Below are positions 12,191-24,835 of a stretch of DNA of 64,000 nt, piece by piece. Position 1 is the first letter of the stretch; each line of letters begins with the position of its first letter. Both the position numbers and the translations under genes were made by a program. The DNA is from Eledone cirrhosa. Its lineage: Eukaryota. The notes below the pieces were generated by a model. That model searched no databases. It had not been told where the DNA came from and was given only the letters and a program-made list of their open reading frames with translations. Where the stretch lies: positions 15,934,001 to 15,998,000 of the forward strand of contig OZ024753.1 in assembly GCA_964016885.1 (NCBI GenBank), given 5' to 3'.

Positions 12191-12766
12191 GACTTTCGAC
12201 AGGAGAGTGGTATGACAACTGACCAATGAGATACGAGCATGTCCTCTGACGCTGAAATTCATTTGTTCTAGTTCATATGATTCCAGTTCCTTGGAGGACT
12301 AACAACACACCCAGGAGCTGGACATATCAATGTATTGACAGAGTGGAACACACTTCAAGAACATGTGTACCTGTCTTTTCCACAGTAATTCGGACTGCCT
12401 GAAGTGGTCACAGCCAATAATAGCTGTCACTGAAATAGCAGAGAATTTATAATGAATGAAGCCAAATTTTACATGTTTGACTTACATTTTACATTACTCT
12501 GGAGTAAACAAACCAACCTGCGTACTTTGCCGAGTGCTCCAATCTGCATACTGAGGTGTCGGTAACCTACCAACATATACTAAATATATATATATATATA
12601 TATATATATTCTCTACTCATACGTCTATCTGTTCTCTCTTTATCCAAACTTTCTTAAAGAAGGAATTCTGTCTGAAACGTTGAAACCTCCTCCACTTCCT
12701 CCAACCATGGTGAACCTAATATAACTGTGTAAACTTTGCTTCCTGTGTTTTGTTTGTTTCATTTAT

Positions 12767-12822
<56 letters not shown>

Positions 12823-12994
12823 TTCTTTAACTATTATTAATCCAAGTATAACCTACATAGAAATTACCGCGAACTCACTGCATAACTATGGAAGCATCTT
12901 TTTGAGTCAAAAAGAGCCGTACGTTAAAACTATCCACGACACAGAGTACTCACAACCTCTAACTGGATTACCTATAATGATAAATTGTTATCCC

Positions 12995-13027
<33 letters not shown>

Positions 13028-13087
13028 TATATATATATATCGAATAAGGAAAAGCGAAGTAGTTACAGATGTTCAAGTCCTTTAATA

Positions 13088-13275
13088 ATAATTGTTTCTA
13101 CTTTAGGCACAAGGCCAGCAAATTACCCAGTGCATTACTGGTACTTTATTTTATCGACCCCGTAAGGATGAAAGGCAAAGTCAACCTCGGCGGGATTTGA
13201 ACTCAGATCATAAAGGGACGTAACTATGCTGGAAAGCATGGCGTCCGACCCTCTACCGATACTGCCAATCCACAA
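13088..13275 (-). mobile_element. Family A SINE
   Basis: Near-identical reverse complement of the copy at 48709-48897. Confidence 0.9.
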
Positions 13276-13279
13276 TAAT

Positions 13280-13353
13280 GCTGTGATATATATTTCAATG
13301 ACGACACTGGCCACACTGTTCTGTGTGCGAGTGTCGTGTCATCATCAGACAGC
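13280..13353 (-). ncRNA. Type I hammerhead-like motif with long stem II
   Basis: GCUGU CUGAUGA [UGAC-AC-GACACU..CACAC/GUGUG..AGUGUC-GUCA] UU GAAA UAUAUA UC ACAGC. The core is intact but the base of stem II is imperfect. Confidence 0.6.
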
Positions 13354-15149
13354 TTGTTATATAATAAGGTTGTTTCCGAGGCAATCCAAATTGAATCGAC
13401 ATGGGAACAGATGAAGTTCGTGCTTTTGGGTTTTTCATCCGTTCCCTTGTGAGTACCAATTCACCCCCACAGGTCTACGCAAGCGCATGTCCGAAGGAAG
13501 TTGACCATTAGCACCGCAGATTTCAACGAAATTCGTTGTCAGTGGCCCACCTATGCCCTGCCAAAGTTTACTGCTACCCATCGCTACTGTGCCAGTCAGC
13601 CGAAAGGCAGAAGGGATGGGAGGGTGTTAGTTTTTAAAGGTCATAATACTACCTTTCACTAAGCGTTGACAGTAAGACTGACCATCAACTCATAAGGGAA
13701 AATAAACTTAATTCTAGGTACTATGGTTTTACATTGTAAGTTAAGAGTGAGATTTGGAAATAAAAGTTAAAATTAAAAGTTAAAATCCTAAATCAAATAT
13801 CAGAGATTATAAATTAAACAATAAAAAATTAAAAAATTCTAAATTCAAAAATTTTTTTCCAGTGATAATTCGGATTGAGTAAAAATATAGATTGAAGTGA
13901 GTAAATAATATGGAGAGAGATGTTTAAGTAATAAGTTCTGGGAGGGATTCTAGTGTTACAGTTACTCTATCCAGATATTGAACGACAGTGCCGTACATTA
14001 TAACGGAGGGCAAACCACATGGTTCAAGGCATTAGTCAATCTGTTACACGGTCATAATTTCCATCACATGGAACAGAATCAAAGAAAAACAGACATAAAG
14101 TACACAAACAATAGTGAATAAATGCAAAAACACAGAGTACATATATGTAAAATGATCCATATGATTGTCCATCTGTCCATGTATAGATTGAATTGAGGAG
14201 GCTTCTGTTCAATTGCATCAATGTTTACCCTAATATATATATATATATATATACACATATATATATATCATCATCATCGTTTAACGTCCATCTTCCACAC
14301 TAGCATGGGTTAGACGGTTTAGTTCCATTTGATACATACATATACATACATACATATACATACATATATATATACACATACATATATATAAATACATATG
14401 TGTGTGTGTGTGTATGTATGTGTTTATACATATGTAAGTGTGTATGTATATCGTAACTAATGGCAACTGCATGAAACAAACACTGAAAGGTTGTCATATT
14501 CTTCCATTTTCTCGTTCTATCTGTCATAAGTGTGGAAGTTGTCTCATTATCCTAGCAGACAGAATTACAAATTCCTTATCTTTCAGGAAAGCAAGTGAGA
14601 AGCACTGAAATATTCGGCATTATATTTTTAAAATAAACTTTCTCAGTGGTTCATGTTTGTCATTGTACATAGAATTCCAGTCTTGTATATTGTCATAAAG
14701 AATTCAATTCTTTGATAAAACTATATCTTTCTTGAATAAATGTTTGTTTATTTAATTAGCAACAATGGCAGCAAGGCATGACGAAATGTTTCAGTGGAGT
14801 TTCTTTACAAATTCTTTCTTGTTGTAAGTATTTATTTATTCATGAATAACTTCAAATCACATATATGTTCGATGTGTATTCTTATCTTGAACATTAATGT
14901 GCCATGGTACGACATTCTGATGTCATAAATATTTAATATATTGCACCTCAAAGACGAAAATAAATAATCTCTGTATCTATGCACCAAGTGATTGTATGGG
15001 CCTTTTACTTCAGATAAAGATATTACATAATGGAATATATTTTAATATAGAATATCTTAATGGTATCATCTGATATCATAGTAAGAAACATGGGTGCTTA
15101 CCGTAACTCTCGGAATACCAAATAAACCATAAATTCCCATGTTTCTGTG

Positions 15150-15395
15150 AAAACACATGACTTAGTGGTTAGAGCATTGGGCTTGCAATTATGATGTTGT
15201 GAGTTTGGTTATTCGACCAGGTGATGTGTTTTGTCCTTGAGCAAGACACTTTATTTCACATTGCTCCAGTTTACGCAGCTGTAGAAATGAGTTGTGACAT
15301 CACTAGTGCCAAGCTGTATCAGCCATTGCCTTTCCGTTCGACAACGTGGGTGGCGTGGAGAGAGGAAACTGGTTGTTCCAGGGGGGACTTTCTAG
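15150..15395 (+). mobile_element. tRNA-derived SINE sharing head and core with family B but with another 3' half
   Basis: After GTAGAAATGAG it continues TTGTGACATCACTAGTGCCAAGCTGTATC. Confidence 0.75.
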
Positions 15396-16397
15396 AGTGA
15401 TAGGCATAGCTTGTTGGTTGGTAATTGGTTGATTTGTGGTATTCATTTATTGCATGAGCGCTCACTTGTTGCATGTTGTGTGGTGTGGTCACTGTTGTGT
15501 GATACTGTGTGACTAGAGGCTGCATGTGCAGGTAAGTGAGTAAGTGTTCAATAAGATGGTGATGATATGATAGTTCCTTGATCACGCAGAAAATGAATAT
15601 ATATAAATGAACCACGATAACACCAAACCGCTACATTATTAATTTATTGAAAATAACTCACGCCGGAGCTATACTAAAAATACACAGGAATTATGGACGT
15701 TATTTGTTTGTTTGTAAAAGTAGGGTTAAAGTCGTATTTAGCAAGAAAACTTCATGAACTTTACTGGCTTGGTTAAGAGAGAGACCAAGAGATAGAGAGA
15801 GAATAAGAGAAGGTAAAAATGTGTAAGACCTCAAGGGGTCTGTAGAAAGCAATGGTTTACATGTTTATCAAGAACTGCTTCGAACTGCTGCCAGATTGAT
15901 CCAAGGTAGGCTATTTATCCATGTCGCTTCCTCTGTCCCCAAGCCTTGAGAACAAAGGGCTGACCTTTAGAGGTCATCCACACCTGTTGACTCCCAAAAG
16001 GAGATAACCCAAAAAATGACCGTTAAATGTCACACAGGGGTCAAGGTGTGGACAGATTTCGCTACATTTCTAGGTACAAAACCCATGGTCATTTGTGACT
16101 GAAGGGGGCCTTTACCCTTACTGTGAATAATATGAAAGCATGTGTTGGGATCACAATCATAAAATTGTAAATTCAATAACCAGATTGAGCAATGTTTTGT
16201 GTCATTGAGCAAGACACTTTATTTCACATTGATCCACTCAGCTATTAAAATATGAACTGTACCTGTGATTCAAAAGATCAGCCTTGTCAAATACTACATT
16301 ACACTGAATCTCCCTGAGTTAACCCTTTAGCATTTACATTATTCTATACTTATTATTGTATTTTCACAGTAAAGGCTTTATTTTACATAATTATCTA

Positions 16398-16570
16398 TCC
16401 TTCCAGTGGGTCTTGTCAGAAGCAACTATTTCCAACTGATCTGGCTGGATCCCAAAACGAGATCAGTCGAGCTCATGGATGTTATCCAACCATCTTGCTT
16501 GGGGTCTACTCCTGGGTCTCCTGCTGGCTGGTTTTGCCTGTAAAAATCCTTTCCAGGACTCCTTCCTCAA
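16398..16570 (-). mobile_element. RTE-like LINE 3' coding fragment
   Basis: Reverse complement is homologous to 51720-51870 (RRPRSRPQARWLDNIHEL...GIQPDQLE). Confidence 0.8.
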
Positions 16571-16917
16571 AATTCCTTAACACTTTCATAACTGCATTTC
16601 TAAAGAAAAACTCTTTATTTCAATTAATTAAGAAAGAATTTTAAAAGATCTACTAACATTATTTGTTATTTCATTACTAAGGTAGTAACTTAACATAGGA
16701 TCTTTATTTAAAACTATGTTGGAAAATTGTAATTCAAAGAGGGACCCTTTAAAATGCATGGTTTTGTTTCATAGGACCAGAGCCAGTTTTGTTTCAGAGG
16801 ACCAGAGCCAGTTTTGGGCAGGTTGCTATCATAAAGGTTAAAAGATTGAAAATAATTATTTCAATGCATCTCACTTGTTAGTCTGACAAGTGACCCACAT
16901 ACTGACCACAGGAATAG

Positions 16918-17420
16918 GGCAACATGTGGTAGAACTACCACATGTTAGACAACATGAGGTTGTGGACTTGAGAGAGAACTACCACATGTTAGACAACAGG
17001 AGGTTGTGATCTTCAGAGAGATAGATCTACCACATGTTAGAAAACAGAACGTTGTGATTTTCAGAGAGATAGATCTACCACATGTTAGACAACAGGAGGT
17101 TGTGGACTTCAGAGAGATAGGACTACCACATGTTAGACAACAGGAGGTTGTGGACTTCAGAGAGATAGGAACTACCATATGTTAGACAACATGAGGTTGT
17201 GATCTTCAGAGAGATAGGAACTACCACATGTTAGACAACAGGAGGTTGTGGACTTCAGAGAGATAGAACTACTACATATTAGACAACAGGAGGTTGTGGA
17301 CTTGAAAGAGATCTACCACATATTAGACAACAGGAGGTTCTGGACTTGAGAGAGATCTACCACATGTTAGACAACACGAGTTTGTCGACTTGAGAGAGAT
17401 CTACCACATGTTAGACAACC
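16918..17420. repeat. Minisatellite, 44-48-bp unit, about 11 copies
   Basis: CTACCACATGTTAGACAACAGGAGGTTGTGGACTTCAGAGAGATAG repeated. Confidence 0.95.
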
Positions 17421-18276
17421 TTTGATTGGTTGATTCAAGCTGTTCCTGTTAGCCAATAATAGTGTGATGCTCATTTTCAACTGATTGAACTGACACAACA
17501 TGAATGGAAGTACCTTACTCAAAGACACAAACCCTAAACCAGTTTGGAAATAGAACACTCAACGTTATACTTTGAACCTAACACCCTAACCACTAAGCCA
17601 CACTAATTTCTTACACAATTTCAAACCATTTATTACATCAGAATACAAGATACAAGAAAAACATTCAAAAATGACATTTCTAAACAAACTTCTTCGTTTA
17701 TCAGTGGTAAAGATAATGATAGTAATTCTATTAAAGTAATGCAATAACATTTCCACCCATTATCAGACACTAACTAATCTAACTTAGTTAATTACAATTT
17801 AAACCTCACATTTCTTCTTTTCATCAATTTCTTCTTTTCTTAGTTTATATAATACAAATTCTTCAGATAAATTCTACAGATAAACATAGGCACAAATATG
17901 ACTGTGTGGGTAAGGGGTTTGTTTTGTAACCACAGTGTTTGGGGTTCAATCTCAACCCCTGGCAGCTTTGGAAAGTGTCATTAATGTCTTGTGAGTTTCA
18001 TTAATGTCTTGTGAGTGAAATTTGGTGGGCAGAACTTTTATGGAAGCCTGTCATATATATGTACTTGTGTGTGTGTGTGGGGGGGGGGGGGGGCATATAT
18101 ATTTATATATATATATGTCTATATGTAAACAAATACAGTACAGTCAAGGAATCAAACAGGAGTCTAAAGGGTTTGTTGACCCAATATACAGTCAAAGAAT
18201 GAAACAGGGGGTCAAATTTATGAATCTGATCCAAACACCCTAACTGCTAAACCACTCTACACATTCACTCTATGTT

Positions 18277-19910
18277 CTATAGGGACCAGTTCCCAGTATG
18301 TCCTATTGATAGGGTCTATAGGGACCTGTTCCCAGTATGTCCTATTGATAGGGTCTATAGGGACCTGTTCCCACTATGTCCTATTGATAGGGTCTATAGG
18401 GACCTGTTCCCACTATGTCCTATTGATAGGGTCTATAGAAACCTGTTCCCAGTATGTCCTATTGATAGGGTCTATAGGGACCTGTTCCCACTATGTCCTA
18501 TTGATAGGGTCTATAAGGACCTGTTCCCAGTATGTCCTATTGATAGGGTCTATAGGGACCTGTTCCCAGTATGTCCTATTGATAGGGTCTATAGAAACCT
18601 GTTCCCACTATGTCCTATTGATACGGTCTATAGGGACCTGTTCCCAGTATGTCCTATTGATAGGGTCTATAGAAACCTGTTCCCAGTATGTCCTATTGAT
18701 AGGGTCTATAGGGACCTGTTCCCACTATGTCCTATTGATAGGGTCTATAGAAACCTGTTCCCAGTATGTCCTATTGATAGGGTCTATAGAAACCTGTTCC
18801 CAGTATGTCCTATTGATAGGGTCTATAGAAACCTGTTCCCAGTATGTCCTACTGATAGGGTCTATAGAAACCTGTTCCCACTATGTCCTATTGATAGGGT
18901 CTATAGAAACCTGTTCCCAGTATGTCCTATTGATAGGGTCTATAGGGACCTGTTCCCAGTATGTCCTATTGATAGGGTCTATAGGGACCTGTTCCCAGTA
19001 TGTCCTATTGATAGGGTCTATAGGGACCTGTTCCTAGTATGTCCTATTGATAGGGTCTATAGAAACCTGTTCCCACTATGTCCTATTGATAGGGTCTATA
19101 GAAACCTGTTCCCAGTATGTCATATTGATAGGGTCTATAGAAACTTGTTCCCAGTATGTCCTATTGATAGGGTCTATAGAAACCTGTTCCCAGTATGTCC
19201 TATTGATAGGGTCTATAGGGACCTGTTCCCAGTATGTCCTATTGATAGGGTCTATAGAAACCTGTTCCCAGTATGTCCTGTTGATAGGGTCTATAGAAAC
19301 CTGTTCCCAGTATGTCCTGTTGATAGGGTCTATAGAAACCTGTTCCCAGTATGTCCTATTGGTAGGGTCTATAGAAACCTTTTCCCAGTATGTCCTATTG
19401 GTAGGGTCTATAGAAACCTGTTCCCAGTATGTCCTATTGATAGGGTCTATAGAAACCTGTACCCAGTATGTCCTATTGATAGGGTCTATAGAAACCTGTT
19501 CCCAGTATGTCCTATTGGTAGGGTCTATAGAAACCTGTTCCCAGTATATCCTATTGATAGGGTCTATAGGGACCTGTTCCCAGTATGTCCTATTGATAGG
19601 GTCTATAGAAACCTGTACCCAGTATGTCCTATTGATAGGGTCTATAGAAACCTGTTCCCAGTATGTCCTATTGATAGGGTCTATAGAAACCTGTTCCCAG
19701 TATGTCCTATTAATAGGGTCTATAGAAACCTGTTCCCAGTATGTCCTATTAATAGGGTCTATAGGGACCTGTTCCCAGTATGTCCTATTAATAGGGTCTA
19801 TAGAAACCTGTTCCCAGTATGTCCTATTGATAGGGACCTGTTCCCAGTATGTCCTATTAATAGGGTCTATAGGGACCTATTCCCAGTATGTCCTATTAAT
19901 AGGGTCTATA
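18277..19910. repeat. Minisatellite, 39-bp unit, about 42 copies
   Basis: ATAGGGACCTGTTCCCAGTATGTCCTATTGATAGGGTCT with GGGA/GAAA variants; this array produces the 547-aa repeat ORF. Confidence 0.98.
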
Positions 19911-20567
19911 ATTAATGTAAATAGAGAAAGAGAAGCTGTTGAATTCCATTTCCAAATAAACAATGACAATTAAGTTATCAGAATTTAATAATTTCAACTG
20001 TTCAATATTTTATGGAAATGATTAGAAAGAAATGTTTAATCTTTGTTGATAATTATAATTTAATCATGTTCGTTATAGTTTGTTAGGCTTTGTTCTCTTG
20101 AAGCAGTTGTTCTTGGTTGGAAAAAACAAAACATCAATATTTCTTTAAAAAAAAAGAAAAAAGGAAAAAGAGGGGAAAAGGAAACAAAAGAAAAAAGAGG
20201 AGGAAAGAAAAAAAGGAGAAAAGAGAAAAAGGAAAAAATGGAAAACATAAGTGACTGTTCCACCCTTGTAGAAATAATCTCTGCGGTCACATTAACCTTC
20301 AATTTTGCCACAAATATTCACTGAATGCCCCAAACACCCCACACATTCCCACCTGTCCTATTTGCACCTATAAATATTTATAAATCCTTCTACAATTAGC
20401 AAACAACTCATTTCTTGTTTCATCTGTGAGAGCAGAGATAAGAAATTGGATGAAAAACAGCTTCCAAGGATGGCCTTCGAGTTATATTCTTTTTTAAAAA
20501 TGGTAGGTCATGATTTGAAGGAGATTTGGCTGCTGTTTCTAACAGTTTGGGCGACCATATAGCTTCC

Positions 20568-21442
20568 ATTAATTGCTTCTACTTTTTCGCACAAGGCCAG
20601 CAATTACCCAGTACATTACTGGTACTTTATTTTATCGACCCCGTAAGGATGAAAGGCAAAGTTAACCTCGACGGGATGGGCCGTAACTCTATGCGCCAAA
20701 GCATGGCGTCCGACCCTCTACCGATACTGCCAATCCACCGCTGTCAGATGAAATGATGAGCATACATGAATGTATGGCCCCACAACTCCTGCTGGAGTTG
20801 TGGGGCCACTGTGTTGACATACAGTGTTTCAAGAGCATTTATTGAGGACTCTCCAGGTGAGAACACAGCAGGTGTCTTACATAGAAGGGAAGGATAGAGA
20901 GAGTGAGAAGAGGTGAGAGGAGGTGAGAGGAAGTGAGAGGAAGTGAGAGAGAGGGTGAGAGGAAGTGAGTGAGAGGAAGTGAGTGAGAGGAAGTGAGAGA
21001 GAGGAAGTGAGAGAGAGGAAGTGAGAGAGAGGGTGAGAGGAAGTGGGTGAGAGGAAGTGAGAGGAAGTGAGTGAGAGAGAGTGAGAGGAAGTGAGAGAGA
21101 GAGGAAGTAAGAGAATGAGAGAGAGAGGAAGTGAGAGAATGAGAGAGAGAAAGGGAGAGAGAGAGAAAGGGAGAGAGAGAGAGAAAGGGAGAGAGAGAGA
21201 AAGGGAGAGAGAGAGGGGGAGAAAGAGGGGGAGAGAGAGAGAGGGGGAGAAAGAGGGGGAGAGAGAGAGAGAGAGAGAGAGAGAGGAAGAACCAACCCCA
21301 GTACATGACGGACTTTTTATCGCCCTCGAAAGGATGAAAGGCAAAGCTAACCTCGACGGGATTTGAACTCAGAATGTAAAGGTATGTAATTATATGTCAC
21401 AAAGTATATAGTCCGACGCTCTACCAATTCTGCCAATCCAGT
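20568..21442 (-). mobile_element. Two family A SINE copies (20568-20742 and 21295-21442) flanking a GA-rich tract at 20895-21285
   Basis: SINE core motifs, with (GA)n and GAGAGGAAGT repeats between them. Confidence 0.8.
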
Positions 21443-21460
21443 GTTCTATACAAGTTTAAA

Positions 21461-22327
21461 TCTATATATCTAAAACAGAGAATGTCTGTCTGTCTGACTC
21501 CCTAAAACTCGAGAACCACCCAACCGATTGTTTTCAAACTTTACACATGTAATACTTATGGTCCTGTGAGTGTTTTGAGCACAACAAATATTTCAAATTT
21601 TCAATGCCCTAGGGACCGCATTAGGCGATTTAGCGATCTCTCTCAATAATTCTTAGTCTTTTTTATTAGATAGATACATAGATGTAACGTTGCACCCTTA
21701 TAATATCTGTCTGTATGTCTGGCTGTCTGCATTATGACATTATGACGCTATATGTGTGTGTGTATATATATATATATATATAGTGTGTAACGTTTTTCGA
21801 AATATTTACTTCTGCATTCACAGATTGATTTTTTTTAGTTTCAGAAGATCCCGTTAAGGGTGAAAGCAGCGATTCTTTGCTTAAACTTTAATCTGTTATT
21901 TTAATATATATATATATATATATAATGGCGATGAATTAGTTTTGCGAGGTTTTTGATATGAAATCGTGTGTCGAAACAAATATTGTTATACTTGGGGACG
22001 GTCATATTTGTGTAATATTGCCAGAATTAATAACAGAACACACTCACTGTTTGGTTGGTTTTCGCTTTTCGCTTCTGTGTCTTTTATATCAGTAATCTAA
22101 TTTATTCGGTCCTCAATGTTGCCATTGACTGACCAACAGTCAAAAATATATATATATATAATTATAATTATATATAATTATATATTTATATATTTATATA
22201 TAATTATATATTTGTGTACAGATATTTTTGCATGCACAATAACAAAATATAAACAAATGTATTTATTTCACGAGGCTCAATAAGAACCCTAGAGCAAATC
22301 CCAAGCAACGCCGGGCCATTCTGCTAA
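21461..22327 (+). mobile_element. Non-autonomous Helitron-like element with nested fragments
   Basis: A|TCTATATATCTAAAA...(CTGT)n 5' end. The 3' end reads CCCAAGCAACGCCGGG-CCATTCTG-CTAA|T, with CTAG mutated. Confidence 0.65.
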
Positions 22328-22624
22328 TAAACACTAAATCCTACTGTAGACATACAATAGTGCTGTAGTGATATGTATATATATTCTCTAGACAAATGAA
22401 CCATGTTAATTGTGCAGGTCTCCCCCTCTCATAAATCAATAAACTGTATGTTGGTCATACACTCTAATGAGTTAGATTTCAATATATCAGCTATTACAAC
22501 TCTATAGCAACAAAGATTTAAATTCTGCTATAAATTAAAACTTGGCTTACATTAATGTGGCAAATGATTTGTGGCTATAACAATTAAATTATGGTAGAGT
22601 CACTATCACCATAAAGATACGTAT

Positions 22625-22957
22625 GGAGGCACATGGCTTAGTGGTTAGAGCATTGGCCTTGCAATCGAAAGGTTGTGAGTTCAATTCTCAGACCGGGTGA
22701 TGTGTTGTTTCCTTGAGAAAGACACTTTATTTCACATTTCTCCAGTTTACTCAGCTGTACAAATGAGATGATAGGGACTGGGGTTCCTATCATTCCACTG
22801 TAAAGTGGTCGTGTAGGTGCCACGGCAAAAAAGCACCCAGCACTCACTGTAAATGAGGTTGGTGTTAGGGAGGGCATCCAGCTGTAGAAATCAAGCCAGA
22901 GTCAGTTCCCGTCCCACCCTTGCAAGCAGGGAAAAGCGGACGTGAAATGAAATGATG
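22625..22957 (+). mobile_element. Family B SINE, full length
   Basis: A box TGGCTTAGTGG, B box GAGTTCAATTC, CCTTGAGAAAGACACTTTATTTCAC, a Meta-like GTTGGTGTTAGGGAGGGCATCCAGCTGTAGAAA block, and the tail. Confidence 0.9.
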
Positions 22958-22979
22958 TATTATTACATTCTCTTTTACT

Positions 22980-23215
22980 TTTAGCATTTACCTTTAGCAT
23001 TTACATTACTCTATATTTACTACTGTATTTTTGTGGTTAAGGACTTTATCTTACATATTTATCTCATATTATATTGAATCTACACGATTTTGATGTTATT
23101 TATTTTGAGAACAATACTTTAATGTCAGTATGAGGAGCCAGTTATGGCCAGTTTGAACAGGAAGAGGTGAGAGAATTCTGGCCGGATACAGCCAGTTTAA
23201 ATGCTAAAGGGTTAA
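22980..23215. mobile_element. piggyBac-type MITE
   Basis: Ends ATGCTAAAGGG-TTAA; homologous to the copies at 28694 and 52877. A further partial copy starts at about 16319. Confidence 0.75.
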
Positions 23216-23639
23216 CCTTTCATTAACATATTTCTAATGAAAAACACTACTTATCATTTTCAAATGATTTTTTAAATAATACAAAATTTGGATGGATATA
23301 ATAAAATAAGAAATTTATCATTATTAAACCAATATACACCACACCCCAGATACCATACCCCATCCTCCCATTTCTGTCCACTGTATCGGTGTCACAACAA
23401 AAAGCACCCAGTCCACACTGTAAATGTTGTTAGTGTTAGGAAGGGCATCCAGCCGTAGAAAACCTGCTAGGGATAGTTCAGTACGAGCGAGACATGATCT
23501 CCTGACCAATTCCACATCAAATGGAACAAAACCGTCTAACCCATGCTAGCGTGGAAGATGGACGTTAAACGATGATGATGATGATGATAGGCCAGTGTAT
23601 AAAACATAGTTTCACAAAAGTTCTTACATAAAATTATAA

Positions 23640-24835
23640 TGGAAGGCTTTTGTATAGGACTAGAAAGAAAGGGTCTCAAAGTCAACATGACAAAGACTAA
23701 GGTCCTTGTAAGTAGACGAGAAAACAGAACCCAGATCCCCTCAGGGAAATGGCCTTGCTCAGTATGTAGGAAAGGTGTAGGTAGGAACTCCATTCTCTGA
23801 CCCAAATGCAAACAATGGGTACACAAGAGATGTAGCGGGATCTCAGGAAGCTTAATTAAGAATGTAGGATTCATATGAGACAGCAAGCAGCAAACAGCCA
23901 CAGGAAACAAGTACCACCAATCTCTGGGAGGGCCCTGTAGAAACAGTAGACAGCTTCTGCTACCTAGGTGACCGAATTAGCAACGGAGGTGGGTGTTCAG
24001 AAAGTACAATAACTAGGGTAAGAACGGGATGGAAGAAGTTTAGGGAACTACTACCACTGCTAGCTGCAAAAGGCTTCTCCCTCAGAATGAAAGGCAGACT
24101 GTATGATGTGTGTATCCGAACAGCGATGTTGCATGGTAGTGAGACCTGGGCACTGAAGGTGGAAGACTTACGTAGATTAGAGAGAAACGAAGCCTGCATG
24201 CTCCGATGGATGTGTAACAGTAATATACGTGAACGACAAAGCATAAATGAATTGAGAGAGAGACTGAGCATAAGAGGAATCAAATGCTGTGTGCAGGAGA
24301 GGCGGTTGCGCTGGTATGGACATGTGATGCGTATGAAGGATGACAGCTGCATAAAAAGATGGAAACCGCGGAGTGGGGAGACCCAAGATGACCTGGGATG
24401 AGGTGATAAAAGCCGACCTTACTCAATTACACCTCTCAAAGACAATGACACACGACCGTGACTTCTGGCGTCACGCAGTAATACAGAGTACCCGACCTCC
24501 CATGGGTACAAGCTGAAGCATATAGACAATATGCCCCCACACTCCCCACCGCAAGGTGGTCGTGGAGGTGCCACGGCAAAAAAGCACCCAGCCCACACTG
24601 TAAAGTGGACGTGTAGGCGCCACGAAAAAGCACCCAGCACTCACTGTAAATGAGGTTGGTGTTAGGAAGGGCATCCAGCTGTAGAAATCAAGCCAGATCA
24701 GTTCCTGTATGAGCAAGGCATGGTCAGCCGACCAGACACTGCCGACAACAGGACAACCCGTCTAACCCATGCTAGCGTGGAAGAACGGACGTAAAACGGT
24801 GATGATGATGATGATGATGATATCATCACCATCAT
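23640..24835 (+). mobile_element. RTE-like LINE 3' portion (post-RT coding region, 3' UTR, (TGA)n tail)
   Basis: GLERKGLKVNMTKTKV, WPCSVCRKGVGRNSI, WVHKRCSG, FCYLGD, MLHGSETW and RRLRWYGHVMR, continuing into the UTR modules and tail. Confidence 0.9.

Noticed and set aside
13920-14230. Protein-coding start (LLYPDIERQCRTL..) or lectin-like YTWTDG on minus
   Set aside because: All frames are interrupted by stops and no recognisable domain is present.
22625-22700. tRNA gene
   Set aside because: A and B boxes are present, but this is a SINE head with no proper acceptor stem and it continues into the SINE body.
22638-22877. Recurrent peptide ..LSKLEQCEIKCLAQGNNTSPG.. in many ORFs
   Set aside because: It is the antisense translation of family B SINEs, not a gene family.
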